64,000 bases of DNA from NCBI GenBank assembly GCA_002269645.1, contig NIVC01003086.1:1-64000 (forward strand). Direction: 5' to 3'. Position 1 is the first letter of the stretch. Every line of letters begins with the position of its first letter. Source of the DNA: Macrostomum lignano (Eukaryota). Below the pieces are notes generated by a model. It was not told the origin of the DNA. It was given only the letters and a program-made list of their open reading frames with translations, and did not search any database. Below are positions 1 to 12,400 of the stretch, in pieces. The translations under genes were made by a program, and so were the position numbers.

Positions 1-3000
1 TGGCAATGCCTGCTTCCAGTGAATGTGAATCCCCAATTTGTTTTACATGTAATTTTCAAATTGACCCAAAATCTGTCTTTAAACTAAAAAATCAGTAGAA
101 TTATTACAGTACTAGCATTCTTCCTGCTTTAAAGTCTATAACAGCTGAAGTGAATTCTGTTTATATGACAGATAACAGAACCAGAGACTACTTTAGTATT
201 TGATTATGTACTTTTATCTGAAAGGTATTCACATTCACTTATATCACCCCAGTTCACGATCCCTAAACTTTAAAATCCGTAAAATAGCGTAATATTCATT
301 GGCGCTACTGTTAGTAGCCTGATTCTATTCGTTCGAGGTACTAATAAACTGTTGAAGGGCTGTCTTATAGTATAACTTTTATTTCAAGTCTGCATTATTC
401 TGTTTTTTGCATGACTTATCCGTTCTGAGACTGTGAATTGAGAATAATAATTGTTATGAGTATATTCTAGCTTTTGAAAACATTTTCTTCTCTTAAAATG
501 TAAATGCATAATTTAAAATTACAGTGTACAGAGATTTATTCGTCTATCCTGTGTTTCGCTATGCTAATTCTCTAAATGAGCTCTTATGTTATCGTTACTC
601 TCATTATTGAATAAATCCTAGTAAATATTGCGTCATAATAGACAACAATAACCAATTGTATTTTACTTTCTTTCACTACGTTTTGAGCTGTGTATTGTTT
701 CGCATATATAAGTTGCTAAATAAGTGATGCTGACTGATAAATGTTATTTAAAGTAAATACAAAGTGCATGTTCTATGGCTATATTTCACCACTGTATAAT
801 CGAAATCAATTTCGGCGTACATAGTTTGTTGTACTGTAATAGATTTTGAGTGAAAGACCAATTTTATCCCAACAATTTCATTTACATGTTTTATCCTTAC
901 AGTGAAATATAAGTGTATTGTTGCACATACAGTATTTAGAATGTATGTAATACATGTAAAGAGCAAATGTATGAAAATGTTTTTTTTCGAAAATGAGCGA
1001 TTCCTAAAAAACCACGCTGTCGAAAACATTTAACAAATGATTTTCCAGCAAAGAAACGCAGTCTACTATTGAGGAATGCATGTACAAGCTATACATGTAC
1101 ATTTTGTGTCAATAGGGGATGCATGTACAATACATCGCATATCGGTTCTGTCTACAGGTTCTACATATATCCCGCAGAATTTTACCTTTCCGAAATTATT
1201 ACATCGTTGCCATGTCACCGCCCAGCTTGACAGAAATATTTTAACATTAAAACTGTTGTTTGGTTGCAGCAGGTAAATTTTGTTCTGCATTTACATATCT
1301 GACTCCCTTATCATAATTCAGTCAAAAAACTAAAAGGTCATGCATTTCATGGAAAATCTTGCATATTCGAAAATTTTAATTAAGGACTCCTGCTGCACAG
1401 GTGTAGTCAGTGTCAACAACACCACTGAATACTTAATGTATATATAAGTGTTTCAATTAGATATTAATAGTCAGTTTTATAAAGGACCATTGTAAATACA
1501 GTGGTTTGTTGAGTTTTATTTTACAGACTTATGAAGAAAATTTCGCGGCCGATTTATAGCATGATTATAGTAGTGCTTCATTAGTAGTCCTTATTTAGAA
1601 GTGCTTCTATATTAAGCGCTTATATTAAGTGCTTCTATAATAATCTATTATTATTATTAGTAAAATAAAAAATTACTTTTTTTTATCAATAATTACTATT
1701 ACTACAGTTAGTACTATTACTATATTACTAAAGTATAGTAACAGTTAATAATGGTTTCCAAGCCTCGTTAAAAATTCGGTAGCATTGTAATAGCAAACTA
1801 CATAAAATAGCCTCCAATAATTGGTTTGTTTCAAAAACAAGTTTTAATTGATACTGAACGCTATTACTAAAATATAAGCAAAATGGCAGATCACAATTTG
1901 TTGTACTGAAATTATTGCACCGTTAAAGTTATCGCATTTAATTTGAGTATTTGTTTGTATTTTTTAATTACCATAATAACCCAGGCCCTAGAATCAAATC
2001 CAGTCCAGTTTGAGTTCTCAGACTCTTCATAAAGGTAGCTTGCGTTTTCTTAACGTAATTATCTGGTGCTTCAAATGGCTATGTATAGTTAGCGCTTTAT
2101 AGTATCCTTTGACTTGCCCTGTAGGCTAATAAACCTTGAATTCTTGAAATTGCTGAAGTTAAGTCCTTTGTTATATTAATAAAATGTCAATGTCATAGCA
2201 GTAGTAACATCATTGTTGTCGGATATTTTTAATATTTGGCATACCATTGTCAATTTAAAATGAGTAATATGTATTGGATTAATCTAGAGCAACCATTTCT
2301 ATATTTGTCAAATTGTTCTATTTTAGCAAAAAATTTGTTAACTTTTTACATTAATTTGCATTAACATTAATTGAGGTTGAGTGCTTAATAAAGCAAACTA
2401 TCAAACTAGAGCTGATCATTTAGTGTTTGGAATGATTTTATGCTTGTGGAATATAGCAATATTCTGTAGTATTTTAATTAATGCATGATGATTTTTGGGC
2501 CTATTTAATAATCTTTCTTTACTCAAGAAATGATATTATTATATGCAGTAGACTATGAATTAAATATATAACTAATGTACAAAATTGCTGAATGATAGTA
2601 GATTCATAATGAAAGAGTCTTTTTAGCTCATGAATAAAAAAGCATATTAGATTAGAAAATAGAATACAAACTTATTTCTAAATTTTATTAAATGAAAAAC
2701 TATGTTTGAATAATAAACTTTGTAATTATAGACCATTTTTATCATTGTGATCATTGTTATGATAAAAAGATGATTGATTTATGATTAAAGTTATGATTAA
2801 ATTACTTTTGTATTAAAATATAAATATGTTACACATTAGACATTAGCAGTTATTAAATTAATAAAAAACTATCTATTCTAATATAAATATATGAAAAGGG
2901 ATTTAAAACAATATTTACTATACTTACTCAGTCAACAATTCTTGAGGCCTAGAAGTTCTATATCTAAGTTATGTGTTATTAGGTATTCCACTTTAATATA

Positions 3001-3111
3001 TAAGTGCAAAAGCATTGCTATAAGGGGCTCACAAATATTTTCTATTTTTACTTTTTTATTCCAGATTTAAAACAGTCGCTGCACTGCTCAGATCACCTAC
3101 AGCCAACAGCC

Positions 3112-3281
3112 ATGCACGAATTGTGCATCAATGCATCCAGGAAACGGAAGCTGCTTGCCCCAGCTGAATCTGTGCCAACTGATAATAATATCGCAGATTT
3201 TTTCCCCGGTCTAATCGCTTCGGCTAAGCGACAGCGGCTGCCATTGCAGGACTGTCAGGAGCATAGCTGCCAGCTGCAGAG

Positions 3282-3313
<32 letters not shown>

Positions 3314-3627
3314 TGCAGCAGAAGGAATTGGCCAGTGCTAGTCAGCAGCAGCAGTCATCTGCCAGCACTGTGCCTAAGATATCTGACAGCGAGCTGGCCC
3401 AACCGTCCCCCGGCCTCATGTCGCCCCAGTGCCTGGCCCTGCTGCGCGACTTCGATTTGAACTGGGAATACGGGCCCTGCGTCGGGGTCAGCCGGCTGCA
3501 GCGCTGGGAGCGAGCGGCCTGCCGTGGCCTGGCGCCTCCGCCAGCCGTCCGCAGTCTGGTGCTGGCCCACGCTACAGATCCGCTGTTCACCGAGTGCATC
3601 TGGCTCACCTATGCCGGACTGTCGTAG
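3112..3627 (+). CDS. POLD4: DNA polymerase delta subunit 4 (p12), with Gln-rich linker
   Basis: C-terminus LLRDFDLNWEYGPCVGVSRLQRWERAACRGLAPPP...DPLFTECIW matches the p12 family signature (FDLxWxYGPCxGxxRLxRW). PIP-like NNIADFF near the N-terminus. First in-frame ATG is at 3112, after a polypyrimidine/AG acceptor ending at 3064, so an upstream exon or trans-splice is possible. Confidence 0.9.
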
Positions 3628-4199
3628 ATTTTCTTGTGTATTTACGTGTATAAATTTTATGTACCGGGGTGGGTCTGCGTCAGGGGGGGGGGCATGTCTC
3701 GACCCTTCGCTAGGCTTTTGTGTCATGTCATTCATTGCGCAGCAGTTGTTGTCACCTCAAAAAGCAACAAAATAATCGCAAGCTATGGTCTTCAGACAAT
3801 GAAAACTGCCATTATAAAAAGCTTGAAAGCACTAAACTAAGCAAATAGTTTGTTTACAACAGAACAACAGAAATATATAAAATTTTCTTGCAAAAAAGAA
3901 CACATAATCAACATCAAAGTAGTCATGATAATCATAATCAACATAATCAACATCAAAGTAGTCACCTATGTGATCATTGTAGTGAGTTCTCTGTATACGT
4001 GAACTCCGCCATAATGCATCGCGCTTGAAGTCTTGTTGGTCTGGCTGTCCTTTTGCTCAATTTCAGCAAGATCTGAAGCTGTGTGCGTCGCTTAGCATCC
4101 TATAAAATTGGAAAATTTTAAATCTTTTTAACCACCGTTTAAAGCAGAAGTTAAAGATTTTAAAGATTGTTCTCAGGTTTTTCTCCTCTTCAAAACTTA

Positions 4200-5230
4200 C
4201 CGTCACAGTTCATCTTCTTGGGATTTCAAGTCGAGGTGGTGCCTTGGCCTAACATGCTGTGGCAACTATATGTTGAGTGACTCTGGCAGTACCACAACGG
4301 CTGGTGTCAGATCTCTGCATGGCTGCAAGATAGCTCCTGGCAAGAAGGTATAGTTTGTGCTATGGTGTGGTCGGACAGTCAGTTGCGCTTCAACTGCGAC
4401 ACAATCCAAGTAGGGTGGAGCCACTAGACTGTATTTTTTAACTTTTAGGTTGAAAAGCCGAACGTCAACTTGTCCAATTCGGAAGGTGAACGGCAGCATT
4501 GTCAAAATTCAACGTGATTATTGGCGTCTCATAAAGTGCCGATGCATTCAAAAACTGAGCAGCCACCTTGAAAGAGTGATTCTCTGCAGTTCGTACTTTT
4601 TGCAGGAGTCTAAGCACATGCACCAGGAAGAAAAACGACCTGATAGTTTCATTTGGATCTAGCAGACACTGACATGTGTGCATAGCCCTTGCTCCAGTGT
4701 CCATTCGAGCTTCAGGCGCTTTATTCATGCACCTTCAAAGAACACAATGAGCACGCTTCACTGCTCCAGGATGCACTCAATACAGGGCCAGCAGCGCCAG
4801 TCAGCGCGTTGGCACGTTTCGCAGAAACTTATGACAGATTGCCTCGAGCTGATGGTGCAGCAGCGCAAGCAACTCCTTTGTACGCTTCATACTCTTTGAA
4901 AATGATGCATGTACGTCCTCACAAAAAACCATGGTCTCCATGTTCTTCCCTTGTCGCTGTTGTCGATTCAATTCTCGCTGAAATGTGCAATGTGCAGCCT
5001 CCCACGTCAATGAGATTCTTGAGCTCAGGCGCTTGCTCTGAGGCATTGGACGACGCCCGAAAAGCTGCCGCGCATGACGTTACAGTTACGGAAGCAATTC
5101 CACTTGCGAAAACGTCAGATCATGAGAAAGTACACATTGACGAATTGTGTTGGCGCAACTTTCTCCATCCAAGCAATGCGCATCAACCTCTGGGTGATAC
5201 GTGTATGATGACATCTCCAATTTGGGATTA
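4200..5230 (-). pseudogene. Decayed hAT-superfamily transposase fragment
   Basis: Stitching minus-strand frames gives GIAS(D)NCNVMRGSFSGVVQCLR, LKNLIDVGGCTLHI, KFLRNVPTR*LAL and PCIECILEQ*SVLIVFF. These correspond to the hAT motifs D-x-C-N-V-M-R-G, C-x-x-H, TRWL and LEQW. Multiple frameshifts and stops. Boundaries approximate; no TIRs found. Confidence 0.7.
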
Positions 5231-7062
5231 ATACCTCGGTGATGGACCAGTTTTGACAATGGGGAAACTACCAGAGCTGTCCATTATTTAAGTTACTAAG
5301 TAAAAATAATCTGACTCACTGACACAGATTGCCAGAGTCCAGTTGCCGTGACTCATGCTGAATGAAGAATCAGCCCATGCGTTCCTTATCTCTTTAATAA
5401 TTAACAAGGCATTTTTGGCGCAGCGACGTGAAATTGAATGAGCGTGCGATAGTAGAGTTTTACTACTACTATGAAGTAGTAACTATTCAATACAACACCA
5501 TTTATAGATATATGGGTGAGATGGTATTATTATTAAGCAGTGCTAAGTAATAAGTTAATTTAATATTCGAATTTATTGTGCAGCTAAGTATATGGGAACC
5601 AAATTTTGTGAGTTTTTGCTAACTTTTGTTAAATAAAATGCAGCTAAAACTTCAATTAAACGTTTGTTGTGAAATGGCTGTTTGAATACTATTTGTTATC
5701 GTATTGTTTTTTTTATCTATGTCGATAAAGTTTTTCTTTTGGGCGTTCTTTGATATGTTAGCCGAACTTTTTAAAGTTTTTTTTTCAATGCTCACTTCTT
5801 TGATAGCTCGGTAGCACTACAGCACTACTGACATCAGTAGTATATGCAATATTCTTAATAAAGGTCCTGAAAAGAAAATTTTTATCAACGACAAATTTTG
5901 AATTTTTAGCCCACGGACTTCAAGTTACAGTCAGTGAAAGGGCTTGAAAATGATCCAAAAAATAGTTTTTGTTTATTTACGATTTGTTTTATGTTTTGTT
6001 TTTTTCCAGCTTTTTTACTCAAGCGCCGGTTTTTTAAAGGGAAGGTGCGGATGCTAATGCGAGCTAGCAGCAATTGCTTGTGTTTACTGTTGTGTTTATA
6101 TTTTACTGTTAAAAATAAAAAAATAGCACAATTGTTGTGTCAAGCAGCCCGATGTGTTTACTTGAAGCAAATGTACACCGAGTGTTGTTACAATTGTACA
6201 TATCTGTATCTTAGAGCAACAAATGTATTCGTCGCCACTGTGTGTTTCATTTCTTTTGTTTTTAATTTAAGTTACGTATATTTGGGGAAAAGATTTAGTG
6301 ATTAAATTTTTTATAGGAAACAAACAAATAGTCAAATAATCCTATGGATACTACTTACGGCTTTTTTCGTTAAAGCCCTAAAATTTCTGCCACCTCTTTA
6401 TTAACCAATTTTTGGCCTAATGCATCATTTGCAGAATTTATTTCTGAAGTTTTCATGTTACATGCAAATCCATCCAACTTCATTTTGTAGTCTGTTATAA
6501 TAATTATACCAGTGTTCTCATATAGTAAATAGATCGTTTCTATGCCTACACACTGACACGGCATTCGTATCCACGTTTAATAAATACTGTTGCTTTCGTG
6601 TCGCCTTCTAAGTATTTTCTAAGCGGATGTTTAAACTTAGTTTAAAAATCGGACGAAAAAAAATGGGAGAAATCTAAAACTGGATGCCTTCACTCAAACC
6701 CTTATCTATGCTCAAACCTGGGAAAGTAATGCGTTTCTCCTTTGTTGTAGAAATTCCAAGTCAAAACCTAAGATGATCTTAACAGGAGAAAATATAATAT
6801 AGAGATTAAACAGACAAAATGTTTCAAGCAGTGCAGTGCTGAGAGCTGTTCCATTTAGAGAGAAAATACATCGGATGCTACTTACCGATATGTTGTGTAA
6901 GAAATATAATAGACCAGATACGAGCGTAATTGGCTAGTGTTTAGTTAACGTTGAAATAAGGGAGAATAGGTTAAAAGTAATTGATTTAATTTAAAAAAAA
7001 AACTATTTACCGGAAATTGAAGCATTTCGGATGTCGAGAAAAAACTCGCAACAAAAAATTTC

Positions 7063-7142
7063 TGGCAGCGGTGGGATTCGAACCCACGCCCTTTCGGACT
7101 GGTGCCTTAAACCAGCGCCTTAGACCGCTCGGCCACGCTACC
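7063..7142 (-). tRNA. tRNA-Leu (anticodon AAG)
   Basis: Minus strand GGTAGCGTGGCCGAGCGGTCTAAGGCGCTGGTTTAAGGCACCAGTCCGAAAGGGCGTGGGTTCGAATCCCACCGCTGCCA. Has A box, B box (GGTTCGAATCC), anticodon stem CTGGT/ACCAG with loop TTAAGGC, a long variable arm, and a T6 Pol III terminator at 7053-7058. Confidence 0.96.
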
Positions 7143-7606
7143 TTATTATCATATGGATCACAACAGCTAGATAAACCTGCATGGAATAGTTTCTAGAAGT
7201 GAAATCTAGAAGCGTGTCTGCGTGATCACTATGGCGCTTCTACGTTGAAGGATTTTTGTAGCATGCTACTCGGTCAACGAAAGAGGAAAGCCATGGAGCC
7301 TTTGTATAATAAATAATACAATGAGAGCCGAGTTGCACTGGATACTTCAACGAAGGTGAGTACCCGTGACGGGAAGGGTAGTGGATTGCATCATGCAGAA
7401 TCTGTTCCATCTAGCATTGAAGAGAAACTCTGGTCTGAAGATGTGCTTGCATGCATGGTACTGATAGTGGTGAGGTCCGTGATTTGGGGTGTCGGTGTGG
7501 AGTTTTGCGGAAAGCCAACCGCGTGATTGTCTACTAAATTTGATTGAGCTTATCTGTTACACTTACGACCCATTCATTGACTCACTTTCAACTTTTTGAG
7601 CAAAAA

Positions 7607-8338
7607 ATGTTTCCTACATCGGACCATAGACTAATTTGGCCGGACCAAATAGATGTTTCCTACATCGGACCATAGACTAATTTGGCCGGGCCAAATAGAT
7701 GTTTCCTACATCGGACCATAGACTAATTTGGCCGGACCAAATAGATGTTTCCTACATCGGACCATAGACTAATTTGGCCGGACCAAATAGATGTTTCCTA
7801 CATCGGACCATAGACTAATTTTGCCAGGCCAAATAGATGTTTCCTACATCGTACCAAAGACTAATTTGGCCGGACCAAATAGATGTTTCCTACATCGGAC
7901 CATAGACTAATTTGGCCGGACCAAATAGATGTTTCCTACATCGGACCATAGACTAATTTGGCCAGGCCAAATAGATGTTTCCTACATCGTACCAAAGACT
8001 AATTTGGCCGGACCAAATAGATGTTTCCTACATCGTACCAAAGACTAATTTGGCCGGACCAAATAGATGTTTCCTACATCGGACCATAGACTAATTTGGC
8101 CGGACCAAATAGATGTTTCCTACATCGGACCATAGACTAATTTGGCCGGACCAAATAGATGTTTCCTACATCGGACCATAGACTAATTTGGCCGGACCAA
8201 ATAGATGTTTCCTACATCGGACCATAGACTAATTTGGCCGGACCAAATAGATGTTTCCTACATCGGACCACAGACTAATTTGGCCGGGCCAAATAGATGT
8301 TTCCTACATCGGACCATAGACTAATTTGGCCGGGCCAA
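7607..8338. repeat. 46-bp minisatellite, ~16 copies
   Basis: Unit ATGTTTCCTACATCGGACCATAGACTAATTTGGCCGGACCAAATAG, with a small internal inverted repeat ATTTGG..CCAAAT. Confidence 0.95.
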
Positions 8339-9161
8339 AAGGGGTATAAAGATTCTTAGTGGTCCTAAATTCACAGACACTTACGAGAAGGGCGATGAAA
8401 TTTTGGTTAGACGTAGCTGTCACGGCATCTGTACTCTGTAAAATTGAAAGTAAACCAAGACGTTGCCGAAATGAAACCATGCTTCTATGTAATAATAATA
8501 TATTATAGTAGTGTTAATAATAATAATGTCATAGAATCTTAGTAATAAAGTCGGGTATATTTTATTTGAGAGATCACTAAACAATCCTATCTGTAATTTT
8601 TCAATTTCCAAAAAGTTCTTGTCAAAAGACAATACATTCAACAGCTAAATAAAAGAAAAAGCTTAGAAAAAAGCGGTCCACAAGAGTTCTGGGCCTCCAA
8701 GACAAGACTCAAGAGCTGTTAAGAGAGAAAAAATCATTTGAGCACACAACCTAATTGGGCGGATTTGTATCTGTTTAAAGTAACTGTCATTAGAAGTAGA
8801 CAAAATCTAACGCTGGAAGACATGGAGATTACAATCAGAGCATAACAAATGTGCACCAATAAAATTTGTGTTCACAAAAAGAAAACTGTCGCGCGGAAGA
8901 CAATGCAATTCAATAGTAGAAGGGTTTGAGTAAACAGAAATTGTGTAAATGAAAAATAAATAGCCATTGAGTATTATTTAACTACTTGTAGTAGTACGAA
9001 TGAGGCAAGACAAGAAATTTACCCACGCGAAAAAAGATTAACAAGCAGATGAATTAAAAATTATCATAATTGAAGCGGCACACAGTGTAACAAAGCGTCT
9101 TATATTTCGTATATGAATAAAATAATGAGATAATGAGTGCTTAAGAGGACCTTCTGTGCTG

Positions 9162-9415
9162 GTGAGAGGACCCTGGTAGTGTTTAAGATGGTCCTGACTG
9201 AGTGAGAGGACCCTGGTAGTGTTTAAGATGGTCCTGACTGAGTGAGAGGACCCTGGTAGTGTTTAAGATGGTCCTGACTGAGTGAGAGGACCCTGGTAGT
9301 GTTTAAGATGGTCCTGACTGAGTGAGAGGACCCTGGTAGTGTTTAAGATGGTCCTGACTGAGTGAGAGGACCCTGGTAGTGTTTAAGATGGTCCTGACTG
9401 AGTGAGAGGACCCTA
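9162..9415. repeat. 40-bp minisatellite, ~6 copies, just 3' of the NAGPA-like stop
   Basis: Unit GAGAGGACCCTGGTAGTGTTTAAGATGGTCCTGACTGAGT. Confidence 0.95.
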
Positions 9416-9475
9416 GCAGAGCTTAGGACGGTTTAGGTCCCCAACATGCTTAGGTAACGCAGGCCCCAGACCAGG

Positions 9476-12400
9476 TCACATGACGGCCTCTGGGTCAGAG
9501 TCGGACTCCCGGCCCGATGGCAGCAGCCGCAATGGCTGGTAGCGCGACTTGCCAGCCTTCTCGCGTCGGCGACGTCGGCAGCGCATGCGGCAGCACTGGA
9601 CAAGCAGGCAGAGGTTCAGCAGCAGGCTCAGCGACAGCACGGCTGTCAGGCCGACTAGGGCGACGTTGATGCTGCCGAGATTGCGCAGGCGCTGTTGAAT
9701 TGACCGGAGCAGGCTGCTCTCTGATTGGCCAGGGTGGTGGGGTGAACGAACTTTTGTTTGACAAATAAATCAGACGATTTTAAAGATCTAAATTAGCAAC
9801 GGAACATCAAAGGTCAAATTTGGCGCCGGAACATCAAAGGTCAAATTTGGCGCCGGAACATCAAAGGTCAAGTTTGACACCGGAACATCAAAGGTCAAAT
9901 TTGGCGCCAGAACATCAAAGGTCGAGTTAGACACCGGAACATCAAAGGTCAAATTTGGCGCCGGAACATCAAAGGTCATATTTGGCGCCGGAACATCAAA
10001 GGTCCCATTTGGCGCCGGAACATCAAAGGTCAAATTTGGCGCCGGAACATCAAAGGTCAAGTTTGACACCGGAACATCAAAGATCAAATTTGGCGCCGGA
10101 ACATCAAATGTCCCATTTGGCGCCGGAACATCAAAGGTTCAATTTGGTTGCCAAAAAATAGTTAGCGCTAGAATCCATAAGGTATCTATTTTTCAGAGGC
10201 TATTTTAAATTATCTAGATACAAAATATCTATTTACGTTTTAATATTTGGCCATAGGGAGACTTCACAAAGCGAGTAACTGAGTACACAAAAGTTGAGTC
10301 ACTATTAAAACAAATAACGAGTACATCACATGCATTCGAACAGGCGGGCACTCGCAGTCTGCGAGTGAAAAGATCGCAAAGAGAGACAGACGATTTAAAC
10401 ATTTGCAGAGTAGATAGTGAGTGCAGACCAAACAGGTGAAAAACAGGGGGTCTTACCGGGCTAGGAATTTGCGCTTGTTTTACTTTTGCAACTATTGCAG
10501 AGCTGTCGTATAACATTAGACTGAAATGCTGACAGTTGATGGACAGACAGACGCAAAGAGACAATGTGAGCTAAGCAAGGGAGAATGAGTCAGTAAGAAA
10601 GACAATGAGAGTCAGTCACAGGGAGAGAAATGAGAATCAGAGAGAGAACAAGAGTCAGTCACAGAGAGAGAATGAGAGTCAGTCACAGAGAGAGAATGAG
10701 AGTCAGTCACAGAGAGAATGAGAGTCAGTCACAGAGAGAATGAGAGTCAGTCACAGAGAGAATGAGAGTCAGTCACAGAGAGAATGAGAGTCAGTCACAG
10801 AAAGAATGAGAGTCAGTCACAGAGAGAGAATGAGAGTCAGTCACAGAGAGAGAATGAGAGTCAGTCACAGAGAGAATGAGAGTCAGTCACAGAGAGAATG
10901 AGAGTCAGTCACAGAGAGAATGAGAGTCAGTCACAGAGAGAGAATGAGAGTCAGTCACAGAGAGAATGAGAGTCAATCACAGAGAGAGAATGAGAGTCAG
11001 TCACAGAGAGAGAATGAGAGTCACTCACAGAGAGAATGAGAGTCAGTCACAGAGAGAGAATGAGAGTCAGTCACAGAGAGAATGAGAGTCAGTCACAGAG
11101 AGAGAATGAGAGTCAGCCAGAGAGAGAATGAGAGTCAGTCACAGAGAGAATGAGAGTCAGTCACAGAGAGAGAATGAGAGTCAGTCACAGAGAGAGAATG
11201 AGAGTCAGTCACAGACAGAATGAGAGTCAGTCACAGAGAGAGAATGAGAGTCAGTCACAGAGAGAATGAGATTCAGTCACACAGAGAGAATGAGAGTCAG
11301 TCACAGAGAAAGAATGAGAGTCAGTCACAGAGAGAATGAGAGTCAGTCACAGAGAGAGAATGAGAGTCAGCCAGAGAGAGAATGAGAGTCAGTCACAGAA
11401 AGAATGAGAGTCAGCCAGAGAGAGAATGAGAGTCAGCTTATTCTCACATAGAGAATAAGAATCAGACGCGGAGAATCAGACATGGAAAATCAGACAGGGA
11501 GAGTCAGACACGGAGAATCAGACAGGGAGAGTCAGACACGGAGAATCAGACACGGAGAATCAGACAGGGAGAGTCAGACACGGAGAATCAGACACGGAGA
11601 ATCAGACAGGGAGAATCAGACAGGGAGAGTCAGACACAGAGAATCAGACAGGGAGAGTCAGACACGGAGAGTCAGACGCGGAGAATCAGACACTGAGAGT
11701 CAGACACGGAGAATCAGACAGGGAGAGTCAGACAGGGAGAGTCAGACACGGAGAGTCAGACACGGAGAATCAGACACGGAGAGTCAGACAGGGAGAGTCA
11801 GACACGGATAATCAGACAGGGAGAGTCAGACACAAAAAATCAGACAGGGAGAGTCAGACACGGAGAGTCAGACACGAAAAATCAGACAGGGAGAGTCAGA
11901 CACGGAGAGTCAGACACGGAGAATCAGACAGGGATAGTCAGACACGGAGAGTCAGACACGGAGAATCAGACAGGGAGAGTCAGACAGGGAGAGTCAGACA
12001 CGGATAATCAGACAGGGAGAGTCAGACACGAAAAATCAGACAGGGAGAGTCAGACACAAAAAATCAGACAGGGAGAGTCAGACACGGAGAGTCAGACACG
12101 AAAAATCAGACAGGGAGAGTCAGACACGGAGAGTCAGACACGGAGAATCAGACAGGGATAGTCAGACACGGAGAGTCAGACACGGAGAATCAGACAGGGA
12201 GAGTCAGACAGGGAGAGTCAGACACGGATAATCAGACAGGGAGAGTCAGACACGAAAAATCAGACAGGGAGAGTCAGACACGGAGAGTCAGACACGAAAA
12301 ATCAGACAGGGAGAGTCAGACACGGAGAGTCAGACACGGAGAATCAGACAGGGATAGTCAGACACGGAGAGTCAGACACGGAGAATCAGACAGGGAGAGT

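Noticed and set aside
4689-5231. 180-aa plus-strand ORF
   Set aside because: Antisense shadow of the hAT relic; no recognisable motifs.
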